Of a DNA stretch of 38,365 nt, positions 1 to 9,154 are shown one piece after another. A model generated the notes under the pieces. That model was not told the origin of the DNA, did not search any database, and worked only from the letters and a program-made list of their open reading frames with translations. The stretch is taken from assembly GCA_035290485.1 (NCBI GenBank), contig DATDUF010000084.1, positions 1 through 38,365 on the forward strand, in the 5' to 3' direction. Origin of the DNA: Candidatus Nanoarchaeia archaeon (GTDB taxonomy: Archaea; Nanobdellota; Nanobdellia; Woesearchaeales; GW2011-AR9). Numbering within the stretch: position 1 is the stretch's first letter; each line of letters starts with the position of its first letter. Made by a program: the position numbers and the translations under genes.

Positions 1-76
1 ACATCCCTCTTTAACTACTTTAAAATATATTTTTCATCATAATAATCCTTTAAAACGCTTCCTCTCAAACTCTTTC

Positions 77-766
77 ATGCCATTATTCTCTATCATTATC
101 CCCGCCCATAATGAAGAAAAGTATCTTCAATCGACACTCGATAGTATCAAAAAACAGGCCTTGCCGGACTATGAAGTTGTAGTTGTCACCAATGGCTGCA
201 CGGATAAGACAGAAGAAATCGCCAAAAAAAATGCTGGGGCGAAAGTTCGCCATCTTTCCTTAGCGAAGCCCAACGTTTCCGTGGCCAGAAATGCCGGAGC
301 ACTCAATGCCCAGGGAGAAATAGTACTTTTTCTTGATGCAGATACCCAGCTTGCGCCGGACAGCTTACAAAAAATCAAAGAACAATTTACGCCAGAATAC
401 AGTGTGGCTACCACATTCGCCCAGCCTGATTCAGGTAAGCTTTCCTATCGTTTAGCGCTTGGCTTCAAAAACAGTTACCACTATCTTAATCTCTATCAAG
501 GCTGTAGCGGAGCTTTGGTCTGCCGCAAAAAAGATTTCCATCACATCGGCGGTTATAATCCCGAGATCATCGTACGGGAACACCGCAAACTAGCTCTAAA
601 TTTACTGGAGCTGGGAAAATTCAAATGTATCAATACTACTGTCACCACCTCCATGCGTCGTTATCAGCAATGGGGTTTGTTTAAAGTGGCCTGGTTCTGG
701 AGCAAAAAATGGGCGCAGGATAAGTCCGGAACATTGAAAGAAAGTAAGTACGAGACGGTTAGGTAA
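77..766 (+). CDS. family 2 (GT-A fold) glycosyltransferase
   Basis: 229-aa ORF. The N-terminal FSIIIPAHNEEKYL...YEVVVVTNGCTDKT and the later FLDADT (DxD-type) motif are typical of GT2 enzymes. Confidence 0.8.
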   Translation: MPLFSIIIPAHNEEKYLQSTLDSIKKQALPDYEVVVVTNGCTDKTEEIAKKNAGAKVRHLSLAKPNVSVARNAGALNAQGEIVLFLDADTQLAPDSLQKIKEQFTPEYSVATTFAQPDSGKLSYRLALGFKNSYHYLNLYQGCSGALVCRKKDFHHIGGYNPEIIVREHRKLALNLLELGKFKCINTTVTTSMRRYQQWGLFKVAWFWSKKWAQDKSGTLKESKYETVR

Positions 767-777
767 ATGTTTTAAGA

Positions 778-1458
778 TCAGCAGCTCAACTGATTAGTTC
801 CTTGTTCTAAACAAGTTATCTTGCCATCAACCACATCATAGAAGTTTATTTGTGGATTATCAACTTTGGTTTTACAGCAGATGCTTTTAACTGTATTTTT
901 AACTAATTGGTCATACTTAGCCTGAACTTCACCTACTTCCTTTTCTTTAGTAGCAAAAGAAGCTTCACAATCCACTTTAGATTGTTCTAAGCCGGCAGTC
1001 TTTTCAGTCACTTGCTGCTCGACCGTTTTCTGGCTCTCACTTTTTACCGTAGCGATTTCTGTATCCTTATCTGCCACCTGCTTCTGGGCTACTTCAAGAT
1101 CAGCCTTGGTCCGTTCCAGCTGTACTTTACATTCCGTAATCTCGTTAGACTTTTGATCTACCTGCGCAATTAAAGCTCCGGTAAAAGTAGAATAGGTTGA
1201 AAGATTTGCTTTGGTCACTTCCAGATCATTACTTAGCTGCTGCATGTTCTGAGCATAATCCTGCACACCCAAATTAGAAGCCTGTGCTTCTTGGTAAATT
1301 CCATAACCCAACACTGCTGGTCTCACTACAAAGATAGCCAGTGCAATGAGAATAACTACCATAATTATGATAGCAGTAGGATTGACTGTTCGCGAAGGTT
1401 TTTTCTTCTCAGCAGAATTAGATTGATCAGCAAACAGGTCTATCTCTTTTTTATCCAT
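778..1458 (-). CDS. hypothetical membrane-anchored coiled-coil protein with Cys-rich C-terminus
   Basis: 226-aa ORF. It has one N-terminal TM helix (AIIIMVVILIALAIFVV), a long heptad-like Q/E/K-rich region, and a C-terminal CC...C...C cluster. I recognise no family. Confidence 0.5.
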   Translation of the reverse strand: MDKKEIDLFADQSNSAEKKKPSRTVNPTAIIIMVVILIALAIFVVRPAVLGYGIYQEAQASNLGVQDYAQNMQQLSNDLEVTKANLSTYSTFTGALIAQVDQKSNEITECKVQLERTKADLEVAQKQVADKDTEIATVKSESQKTVEQQVTEKTAGLEQSKVDCEASFATKEKEVGEVQAKYDQLVKNTVKSICCKTKVDNPQINFYDVVDGKITCLEQGTNQLSC

Positions 1459-1558
1459 ATCAAAAAGATATTAAACATTTATTTAAAGCTTACGATTAGA
1501 GGAAAGAGGATTTTGCAGAAAAGAAGATTTTATTAATCACGGATGGTTTCTTTTTTAC

Positions 1559-2149
1559 ATGATTATCACTATTTCTGGAACGCCGGGCAGCTGCAAAAGC
1601 ACTGCTGCAGAAATGCTAGTCAAAAGATTTGGAGCGGAGCGAATTTATGTAGGAGGCATCTGGCGGGAATTAGCTCGAAAGAAAGGCATGACCCTGCAGG
1701 AGTTAACGGAATATGCCAAAACTCATCCCAAAACAGATACAGATGTAGACAAAGCTGCTGCCAATCAGGCCCGGAAATTAGATAAAAAAAATAAATTAAT
1801 CATTGTAGAAGGGAGAATGCAGTTTCATTTCCTCCCCGAATCAGTAAAGATATTTATGAAAGTCGATCCTGAAGAAGGCGCGAAGAGAATTTGGAAAGAT
1901 GTACAGAATAAAACTATCCAAGAAAAACGAAACGAAGGAGTATTTTCCACTTTTGAAGCCATGAAAAAATGGATTCAGGAACGGGAAGAAAAAAACGCTG
2001 CGCGATACAAAAAAACTTATGATATTGACCATCGCGATGAATCGCAGTACGATTTAATTTTGGATACAACCAAGCTCACTCCTGAAGAAACATTACAAAA
2101 AATCACCTCCTTTATTGCTTTGTACAAAAACAAAAAGGTCCGCTCGTGA
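1559..2149 (+). CDS. cmk: archaeal-type cytidylate kinase (P-loop NMP kinase)
   Basis: The start MIITISGTPGSCKST is a P-loop. The overall layout and length (196 aa) match archaeal CMP kinases. An adenylate-kinase-like alternative is not excluded. Confidence 0.65.
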   Translation: MIITISGTPGSCKSTAAEMLVKRFGAERIYVGGIWRELARKKGMTLQELTEYAKTHPKTDTDVDKAAANQARKLDKKNKLIIVEGRMQFHFLPESVKIFMKVDPEEGAKRIWKDVQNKTIQEKRNEGVFSTFEAMKKWIQEREEKNAARYKKTYDIDHRDESQYDLILDTTKLTPEETLQKITSFIALYKNKKVRS

Positions 2150-2949
2150 AACGATCCATGCTCTTGGCAGGAATGGTCAGTCTTCAAGTTTTAACTGGCT
2201 GCGAACAAAAATACCCGCAATATTCTGGCCAGTATGAATTACAAAATTCTTCGTACACTAATCCAGCCTTTGCAGGAAAGAAACGACTGGCCGGGAAGCT
2301 TAACATTATCCATCGTATGAAGTATATCCCTAATGTCTGGGATGATCGGCTTAGATTTGAGTTCACTTCCGATAATCCGGGTGAAATGCAGGGAGCAGTA
2401 GTATTCGATTTAGAAAATCTCACCCGAGATAAAGAAAGCACTTTTCCCCAACCGGAGTTTAAAGGGCAACAAATCCATGCTGAAAAGACGTATTATGGGG
2501 GAGTATTTTGCAATTACCAATATCTCTACCACGCTTTTGCGGTGCTTACACCAGGAGAGCAGGAATTAAAAAAAGTGTATCCTGAAAAAGGAAAATATCT
2601 GTATACTGAACCAAGCGGAATGCCTATCTATGAATCATTTAATGCCAATAATTTTGAACCGGATCAGGATGCCATCGATGGTTGGTATGATGTTATAGAA
2701 GAGAACGGTGGAATGATCAGCCTTAATCTTTTCATCAATCGCGACATACTCTCGGACACTAGTGGCTGCGGCAGCAACAGTTACTTGCCCTACGATCCTC
2801 GAGGAAAAGAATCATTGGAAGCGACTTACTATTCTGTCAAACTAGAAAACGATGAAGATCCCCGTCAGGGATATGAGAGTTTACCGGATAATACTATCCC
2901 TCCCATCGATTTATTTAAGGAAGTAATTTCTGAAGTAAAGGACCTTTAA
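2146..2949 (+). CDS. hypothetical secreted lipoprotein
   Basis: 267-aa ORF with a signal peptide ending in the lipobox-like LTGC. Its GTG start overlaps the cmk stop (GTGA); an ATG alternative lies at 2158. No recognisable domain. Confidence 0.5.
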   Translation: MKRSMLLAGMVSLQVLTGCEQKYPQYSGQYELQNSSYTNPAFAGKKRLAGKLNIIHRMKYIPNVWDDRLRFEFTSDNPGEMQGAVVFDLENLTRDKESTFPQPEFKGQQIHAEKTYYGGVFCNYQYLYHAFAVLTPGEQELKKVYPEKGKYLYTEPSGMPIYESFNANNFEPDQDAIDGWYDVIEENGGMISLNLFINRDILSDTSGCGSNSYLPYDPRGKESLEATYYSVKLENDEDPRQGYESLPDNTIPPIDLFKEVISEVKDL

Positions 2950-3003
2950 CTAGTGAAGTGAATTTCAATAAAACTTATAAACTACTTCTCAAAATAAGCA
3001 TGC

Positions 3004-3681
3004 ATGAGCGAAAAAATACAGCTTCATGATTTTGTGGAAATAGATTATACTGGCAAACTTGCCGATGGTACTGTTTTTGATACCACTTCTGAAAAAGTAG
3101 CCAAAGAGCATCACCTACACAATCCTAAACATAAATACAAAACCGCGGTAGTCTGCGTCGGTGAGCGGCAGCTTCTGCCCGGTTTAGACGCCCAATTAGC
3201 GGATAAAGAATTGGGAAAAGAATATACCATAAATATACCGCCAGAAAATGCCTTTGGAAGACGAGACATCAAATTAGTTAAGATCATGCCTATGGATACC
3301 TTCCGCCAACATAATCTTCAGCCGCATCCCGGCCTGCAAGTTGATGTTGACGGGGAAATGGGCTTAGTTACCAAAGTTTCCGGCGGTAGAGTGATCGTCA
3401 ATTTCAATCATCCTCTAGCCGGAAAAGAAGTAGTATACTCATACAAAGTATTACGCAAAGTAACTGATCAGAAAGAAAAAGTAAGTGCTTTCCTCTCCGC
3501 TCTGTTACGTCTTCCATCTGAAGCTTTGAAAATCGAACTTAAAGATAATGCTGCCACCGTAACTATTCCTGGTGAATTACCGGCTCAAATCAGCGCAGTT
3601 CTGGGACAAAAGCTGATGCAGCTGACCGGATTGAAAGATATTTTATTCAAGAAGGAAGAGACTGGAGAAAAGAAAGAATAA
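3004..3681 (+). CDS. FKBP-type peptidyl-prolyl cis-trans isomerase, long archaeal/SlyD-like form
   Basis: The ORF has VEIDYTGKLADGTVFDTT, an insert-in-flap region, and VIVNFNHPLAGKEVVY. This is the classic FKBP core plus a C-terminal domain. Confidence 0.8.
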   Translation: MSEKIQLHDFVEIDYTGKLADGTVFDTTSEKVAKEHHLHNPKHKYKTAVVCVGERQLLPGLDAQLADKELGKEYTINIPPENAFGRRDIKLVKIMPMDTFRQHNLQPHPGLQVDVDGEMGLVTKVSGGRVIVNFNHPLAGKEVVYSYKVLRKVTDQKEKVSAFLSALLRLPSEALKIELKDNAATVTIPGELPAQISAVLGQKLMQLTGLKDILFKKEETGEKKE

Positions 3682-3682
3682 A

Positions 3683-4060
3683 ATGTCATTCTTATTAGTT
3701 GGAGAAGTATTTGAATATTCTGGAACAACAAAAATGCATGACGCTCAAAACGTTAAGCATATTGCCGAACAGTTACAAAAACGAGGTTTAGTTATGGATG
3801 AAGAATCGTATGCTGAAGCAAAAGTAAGAAGAAATAGTGATTCAGCAAGAACAGAACGGTATAAAGCTATTCTGCTCGAATCAAGCGGTGATGAAGAGTA
3901 TCATGATTTTAGTAGAAAACCTTGGCATGTTTATGTTGGAAAAGTTATCTCTCAAGAACATGGCGCAGTAACGATTGCTTCTTTAGAAGAAGTGCTTCGA
4001 GAAGTAGAACAAGATTTTCCTCATCCAAAAATACTTCATCTAAAGTCACCACAATATTAA
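3683..4060 (+). CDS. hypothetical protein
   Basis: 125-aa ORF starting 1 nt after the FKBP stop, so probably co-transcribed. No family recognised. Confidence 0.4.
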   Translation: MSFLLVGEVFEYSGTTKMHDAQNVKHIAEQLQKRGLVMDEESYAEAKVRRNSDSARTERYKAILLESSGDEEYHDFSRKPWHVYVGKVISQEHGAVTIASLEEVLREVEQDFPHPKILHLKSPQY

Positions 4061-4141
4061 CCATCTAGTATAGACTAGTTTTCAGTGCAATAATCTTTAT
4101 AAATTCCCGTTCCTCAGAGCTGTAAAAGGGTGAGAGGGTAA

Positions 4142-5245
4142 ATGGGTCATTATCGGGAAGATTTTCATGCTGAACAGATTTCTCATAAAAAGGCGAATGC
4201 TGAGATAGACGAGGAGTTACAACGCTTAATTGCCGGGCATAAGACCAGAATAAAAGTAGTAGGCTGCGGTGGAGCAGGAAATAACACCATCAATCGCATT
4301 TCTGAAATTGGCATTAAAGGCGTAGAAACTATTGCCATGAATACTGATGCCCAAGACTTACTTTATACGAGCGCTGACAAAAAACTACTGATCGGAAAGG
4401 AATTGACCCAAGGCCTAGGAGCAGGCTCTAATCCTAAAGTCGGCGAAGAAGCGGCCAAAGAAAATGAGCACGATATTAAGAAGCTGCTAGAAGGAGCAGA
4501 TATGGTCTTTATCACCTGCGGTATGGGTGGCGGAACTGGCACAGGAAGTGCTCCGTATGTGGCTCAGACTGCCAAAAAAATGGGTATTTTAAGCGTAGGA
4601 ATCATTACTATGCCTTTCAGCATGGAAGGTTCTCACCGCTTTGAAAACGCCATGATCGGTCTGGAGAAAATGGAACAGAACATTAACACTCTTATTGTCA
4701 TTCCTAACGAAAAATTATTGGAGATAGCTCCTCACCTGCCTTTGCAAACGGCTTTCAAAGTAGCAGATGAAATTCTTACCAATGCAGTCAAAGGCATAGC
4801 TGAAATGGTTACCCGAACCGGCCTGGTAAATCTAGACTTTGCCGACGTTAAAACCATCATGGGCCAGGGCGGGGTAGCACTGATCGGAGTAGGCGAATCA
4901 GATGCTGAAAATCGCGCCGATGAGTCAGTGCAGAAAGCGCTCGACAATCCTCTAATCGACGTAGACATCTCCAATGCTACTGGCGCTTTAATCAATATTT
5001 CTGGCGGCGAAAATCTTACCTTGGACGAAGCTCGCCGCATCGTGGAAACAGTCTCCGGCAGTCTGGATCCAAAAGCGAAAATCATCTGGGGTGCCCAGAT
5101 TTACAAAGATCTGGAAAGAACTATCCGTACCATGGTCATCATCACCGGCGTAAGCTCAGAACAGATCTTCGGCGAAGAGAATACTTACTTCGGCCAGAAG
5201 AAGGAAGAACTGGAGTCAGAGCTGGGTATTGATTTTATGGGCTGA
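4142..5245 (+). CDS. ftsZ: cell division GTPase FtsZ
   Basis: It carries the tubulin signature [20 protein letters not shown] and NTDAQ. A GGGTGAGAGGGT Shine-Dalgarno-like element precedes the ATG, and TTTATAAA lies at 4097-4104. Confidence 0.95.
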   Translation: MGHYREDFHAEQISHKKANAEIDEELQRLIAGHKTRIKVVGCGGAGNNTINRISEIGIKGVETIAMNTDAQDLLYTSADKKLLIGKELTQGLGAGSNPKVGEEAAKENEHDIKKLLEGADMVFITCGMGGGTGTGSAPYVAQTAKKMGILSVGIITMPFSMEGSHRFENAMIGLEKMEQNINTLIVIPNEKLLEIAPHLPLQTAFKVADEILTNAVKGIAEMVTRTGLVNLDFADVKTIMGQGGVALIGVGESDAENRADESVQKALDNPLIDVDISNATGALINISGGENLTLDEARRIVETVSGSLDPKAKIIWGAQIYKDLERTIRTMVIITGVSSEQIFGEENTYFGQKKEELESELGIDFMG

Positions 5246-5251
5246 TGAGAA

Positions 5252-5569
5252 TTACCTTTTTCCGTATAAATAATGTTGAGTTATCTCCGGAAAATCCATT
5301 CGTATTTCTTCCCGTCCTTCTTCGGCGATGCGTATTAATTTCTCAATCTTGTTCCGAATCTCCGGAGTCAATTCTTTTTCTTTAGAATATTCCTGAGCGC
5401 CTCGCATAACATCTCCGTGGACCGCATATTGATCAAAGGCTAATACAGCAAGGGATTCCAGGCTTGTAAAATCAACCTTGCCTGCCTCTTTCATTTCTGC
5501 CGTCCTACGCTCTTCAGCGCACTTCATCCAATACTGGAAGAACTCCTCGGGAAATTTTGTTTTAATCAT
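5252..5569 (-). CDS. hypothetical protein
   Basis: 105-aa ORF convergent with ftsZ. No recognisable motif. Confidence 0.4.
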   Translation of the reverse strand: MIKTKFPEEFFQYWMKCAEERRTAEMKEAGKVDFTSLESLAVLAFDQYAVHGDVMRGAQEYSKEKELTPEIRNKIEKLIRIAEEGREEIRMDFPEITQHYLYGKR

Positions 5570-5645
5570 AGTAGCTCTTTGCAGAAGGGATAGACTTTAA
5601 ATCTTCCTAGAAAGCTTTATAAACGAAAGCCCTGTTTTCTGCTAT

Positions 5646-5834
5646 ATGGAAGTACAGGAAACCAAGAGCCATAAAGTAAAAAGATTTATAAAAGAAGCTC
5701 TGCGCGTACTGCGAATTACTAAAAAACCCTCCAAGGAGGAGTATAAGAGCATCGTTAAAATCACTAGTTTAGGTATCGCGGTGATTGGTGCTCTGGGCTT
5801 TATCATCTTCCTCGGAAAACAACTCTTATTTTAA
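5646..5834 (+). CDS. secE: preprotein translocase subunit SecE (Sec61 gamma)
   Basis: 62 aa with a basic N-terminus and a single C-terminal TM helix. It sits immediately upstream of spt5, which is the conserved archaeal secE-nusG/spt5 arrangement. Confidence 0.75.
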   Translation: MEVQETKSHKVKRFIKEALRVLRITKKPSKEEYKSIVKITSLGIAVIGALGFIIFLGKQLLF

Positions 5835-5835
5835 C

Positions 5836-6318
5836 ATGTCAACCCCAACACAAATCTACGGATTAAGAACCGCAGCGAACAGAGAAGACCAAGTAGTAGA
5901 CTATCTTATCTCCAAGCTGCAAAAGCAACCTAATGCTGGCATCATCGCGGTCATCAGACCGCACGGCATGCGCGGTTACATCTTTATTGAAGCAACTTCT
6001 AAAGGAGACGCAGAAGCTACCTTGCAAGGCGTTCCGTATGCACGAGGATTGTTAGCACATGAAATTCCCTACGCTGAAATCGAACACATGCTCGAACAAG
6101 TCAAGATCGAAATGAATATCCACAAGAATGATATCGTGGAAATCATCTCCGGTCCATTCAAGCGCGAAAACGCTAAAGTCATCAGGATCAACAAACAGAA
6201 AGAAGAGATCGTGGTCGAATTATTAGAAGCAGCTGTTCCAATTCCTATCACCGTCAAGATGGATGCAGTTAAGGTTATCCGACGTGAAGAAGGCGCTACT
6301 GAGAAAGACGACGAGTAA
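5836..6318 (+). CDS. spt5: transcription elongation factor Spt5 (NusG homologue)
   Basis: It has an NGN domain (IYGLRTAANREDQV...GYIFIEA) plus a KOW motif (DIVEIISGPFKRENAKVIRI). I moved the start to the ATG at 5836, 1 nt after the secE stop. The longer track ORF from 5785 overlaps secE. Confidence 0.85.
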   Translation: MSTPTQIYGLRTAANREDQVVDYLISKLQKQPNAGIIAVIRPHGMRGYIFIEATSKGDAEATLQGVPYARGLLAHEIPYAEIEHMLEQVKIEMNIHKNDIVEIISGPFKRENAKVIRINKQKEEIVVELLEAAVPIPITVKMDAVKVIRREEGATEKDDE

Positions 6319-6326
6319 AACTAGAC

Positions 6327-6338
6327 TTTTATTTTTTT
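6327..6338 (+). terminator. oligo-T tract after spt5 (archaeal-type termination signal)
   Basis: TTTTATTTTTTT lies 9 nt after the spt5 stop. The convergent minus-strand gene also has a T5 run, read on its own strand, just after its stop. Confidence 0.4.
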
Positions 6339-6358
6339 AAAAATTAATGCCAGAAAAA

Positions 6359-7213
6359 CTAATGTTCTCTTTGCATACTCTCTTCTAAATACAATTCACA
6401 GAGATTATCTATTAGCATCGCAGTAGGATTAATCAAGATATACCTATTATTAGTCTTATCTCCATGCTCAAATACATCCATTAGTTTTCCTTTTTCTTCA
6501 TCATTGAATTTGTTATAAATAACTTCAGCTGCAAGACCTTGTCTTTCACAGATACCTAAAAGATTGTAAATATCAGTTATATCTTTAGGTCGAGGAAGGT
6601 TTTCACTGGTAACTACTCCCAATTTCATCCCTAGCAGACCAAATTTGTTATGAACAGATAAAGGAATATCATAAACAGAGATCACATCCGCAGTTTTAAA
6701 ATCTCGGGGTTTTAACTCCTTATTACCTACCCTGATTCGAGTAGGATATTTAGAGTTACTAGGATAATAAATATCTCCTTCACAAGTAGATGCTTTTTGT
6801 AGCAATTCCTCAATAGTTGGATCATAAAATTTAGCCTTCTTTTTATCAGGAAGAGAAGTTGATTGATGCTCTTCACTAGCGAATTCTCGTAAGACATATG
6901 ACAAAGCTTCCTGAGTTTGACAGGCAATATCTAAATCATGGGATCCTCTCCATTTTTTTACAATATCTGGACCTTCCACGGCAATCATATGACCAAGGAC
7001 TCCAAAACCACCGATGAGCATAATATTATTTTTAAAATAACTTTCAGAAACTTCATTTGCTAAACTTAAGGCATATAGAAATACTTCTCCATATTTAGGG
7101 TCAGCAGCTAAGAGGTCTTTAGAATAGCGTTCAAACTGCTCAAAATCTCCTCGGTCTATTCTTTTACACAATAGTTCTTGGAACCCCATTTTTGAAGAAA
7201 AAGATGTCAGCAT
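6359..7213 (-). CDS. hypothetical protein, possible Pol-beta-superfamily nucleotidyltransferase (AbiEii/DUF1814-like)
   Basis: 284-aa ORF. MLIGGFGVLGH...WRGSHDLDI resembles the G-G...R-x-S-x-D-h-D-h nucleotidyltransferase motif. TTTATAAA at 7214-7221 sits about 28 nt upstream of the internal ATG at 7189 (Met9), so a leaderless start there is possible. The gene is visibly lower in GC than its neighbours. Confidence 0.4.
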   Translation of the reverse strand: MLTSFSSKMGFQELLCKRIDRGDFEQFERYSKDLLAADPKYGEVFLYALSLANEVSESYFKNNIMLIGGFGVLGHMIAVEGPDIVKKWRGSHDLDIACQTQEALSYVLREFASEEHQSTSLPDKKKAKFYDPTIEELLQKASTCEGDIYYPSNSKYPTRIRVGNKELKPRDFKTADVISVYDIPLSVHNKFGLLGMKLGVVTSENLPRPKDITDIYNLLGICERQGLAAEVIYNKFNDEEKGKLMDVFEHGDKTNNRYILINPTAMLIDNLCELYLEESMQREH

Positions 7214-7267
7214 TTTATAAACCTTTCTGAAATTTTATCACTTAGAAGTAATAACTGATTTAACTAT

Positions 7268-7582
7268 TTAAGCATCTACCATTTCGATCTCAATATTAAG
7301 ACCTTCAGGGATAGGTACTCTCATGACCAGGCGCAAAGTCCTTTCGTCAGCAGCTAGATCGATCATGCGCTTATGAACTCGCATTTCGTAGCGTTCCCAG
7401 GTAGCTTTTCCTTCTCCGGAAGGTGACTTTCTGGTAGCAATCTTTAATTTTTTAGTAGGTAAAGGGATGGGACCGTATAACTTGACCCCGGTCTTGTCAG
7501 AAATATCTTTAATGTCAGAGCAGACTTTATTTAGTCTATCTATATCCGTACTGGCTAATTTGATTCTTGCTCGTTGGGTCAT
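7268..7582 (-). CDS. rps10: 30S ribosomal protein S10 (uS10)
   Basis: 104 aa with ARIKL...D...L...C..I......G....GPIPLPTK and VHKRMIDL. It sits directly downstream of EF-1alpha, as in the archaeal str-type cluster. Confidence 0.95.
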   Translation of the reverse strand: MTQRARIKLASTDIDRLNKVCSDIKDISDKTGVKLYGPIPLPTKKLKIATRKSPSGEGKATWERYEMRVHKRMIDLAADERTLRLVMRVPIPEGLNIEIEMVDA

Positions 7583-7678
7583 AGTTGTTTACAGCACAAT
7601 AAACATAGCATGTTTACCGTGTTCCTTATTTTTTTAAACGTGAATTGAAACTTGAAAAGATGGTAAATAAAAATAAAT

Positions 7679-8971
7679 TTACATCTGTTTCTTTACAATA
7701 TCCATACACATACCAGCTGCTACAGTAACTCCGGAATCGCGGATAGCGAATCTGGACATTTGTGGAATGACACTGTGTTTTTCAATAACCAACGGTTGCA
7801 TTGGTTTTAAGCGAACGACTGCAGCATCTCCATTTCGTAAGATGTCTTTGTTCTCAGTAACTTCTGCTCCGGTAGCTGGATTGATTTTCTTAATAATTTC
7901 CATAAATTGGCAAGCAACTTGGGCAGTGTGAATGTGGAATACAGGAGTGTATCCGACAGTTACAACGCTTGGGTGCTGCATGATAACAACTTGGGCAGTG
8001 AATTCAGTTGCGACAGTAGGAACATTGTCAGCGTGACCTAGAACGTCTCCGCGTGCAATGTCTTTCTTAGCGATACCGCGCACGTTAAATCCAACGTTGT
8101 CACCAGGTTCTGCGACAGGAACAACTTCGTGGTGCATTTCGATGGTCTTAACTTCTCCACCGATACCTTTTCCTTCTCGTCCTGGAACAACCATGACTTT
8201 GTCTCCGATCTTCATAATTCCAGTTTCAATTCTTCCTACTGGAACTACTCCAATACCGGTGATGTTGTAGACATCTTGGATTGGCAATCGTAGAGGTAAG
8301 TTAGTTGGTTTTTGAGGAACATCAAATTTGTTGATAGCGTCAAGTAAAGTGTCGCCAGTCCACCAAGCCATCTTTTCAGATTTCTTAGTGATATTCTCAC
8401 CAGGCAAGGAAGCGATAGGTAAGAATCGTACAGTATCAACTTTCCATCCTGCTTGAGTAGCGTGTTTCTTAACTTCTTCAACTACTTCTTTGTAACGTGA
8501 TTCCTTGTGATCTACTCCGGAAATGTCCATCTTGTTAACAGCTACAATCAACTGTCCTACACCAAAGATTTTACTTAATCTCAAGTGTTCGATAGTTTGA
8601 GCGTTAACTCCATCGTTAGCTGCCACAACTAAAACTGCGCAGTCAGCTTGGGAAGCTCCGGTAATCATATTTTTAATAAAGTCTCTGTGACCTGGAGCGT
8701 CGATAATAGTGAATGAATATTTTGGAGTTTCGAATCTCTTGTGAGAAAGGTCGATAGTAACCCCTCTTTCTTGCTCTTCCTTAAGAGTGTCCATAACGAA
8801 CGCGAATTCGAATCCTTTTTTACCAAGCTGTTCAGCTTTTTCTTTCAGCTTTCGCATGGTTTGTTCGTCAACGTTACCAGAGTCGAAAAGTAATCGTCCA
8901 ACAGTGGTAGATTTACCGTGGTCTACGTGACCGATGAATACAAGGTTGATGTGTTCTTTTGTTCTTGCCAT
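7679..8971 (-). CDS. tuf: translation elongation factor EF-1 alpha
   Basis: It has [17 protein letters not shown] and NKMD G-motifs and is 430 aa. A GGAGG Shine-Dalgarno element lies 7 nt upstream of the ATG. Confidence 0.97.
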   Translation of the reverse strand: MARTKEHINLVFIGHVDHGKSTTVGRLLFDSGNVDEQTMRKLKEKAEQLGKKGFEFAFVMDTLKEEQERGVTIDLSHKRFETPKYSFTIIDAPGHRDFIKNMITGASQADCAVLVVAANDGVNAQTIEHLRLSKIFGVGQLIVAVNKMDISGVDHKESRYKEVVEEVKKHATQAGWKVDTVRFLPIASLPGENITKKSEKMAWWTGDTLLDAINKFDVPQKPTNLPLRLPIQDVYNITGIGVVPVGRIETGIMKIGDKVMVVPGREGKGIGGEVKTIEMHHEVVPVAEPGDNVGFNVRGIAKKDIARGDVLGHADNVPTVATEFTAQVVIMQHPSVVTVGYTPVFHIHTAQVACQFMEIIKKINPATGAEVTENKDILRNGDAAVVRLKPMQPLVIEKHSVIPQMSRFAIRDSGVTVAAGMCMDIVKKQM

Positions 8972-9032
8972 AGTGATTTCCTCCGTTTTTTCTCGAGTAT
9001 CTCGATTAATATAAACGTAAGCATTCTTTTTT

Positions 9033-9058
9033 AGGGTTATTTATAAAGATTTCGGTAG
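9033..9058 (-). promoter_or_regulatory. BRE/TATA promoter module for tuf-rps10
   Basis: Read on the minus strand it is CCGAAATC-TTTATAAA-TAACCC. The same module recurs at 12886-12915 and 19083-19108. Confidence 0.5.
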
Positions 9059-9154
9059 TAAATGGAAATAAACACATACTTTATATGTTTTTAGACGAAG
9101 AAAGGAAAAAAAAGAAATTATAAATTTGAAAATAAAAATAAGAAAGAAAAAAAT

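Noticed and set aside
4732-5085. 117-aa minus-strand ORF inside ftsZ
   Set aside because: It is a shadow ORF opposite a confidently identified FtsZ CDS.
5785-5835. Longer Spt5 start at 5785 overlapping secE
   Set aside because: The extension (MVLWALSSSSENNSYFN) overlaps the SecE TM-coding region in another frame. The ATG at 5836 lies 1 nt after the secE stop and begins at the conserved NGN domain.
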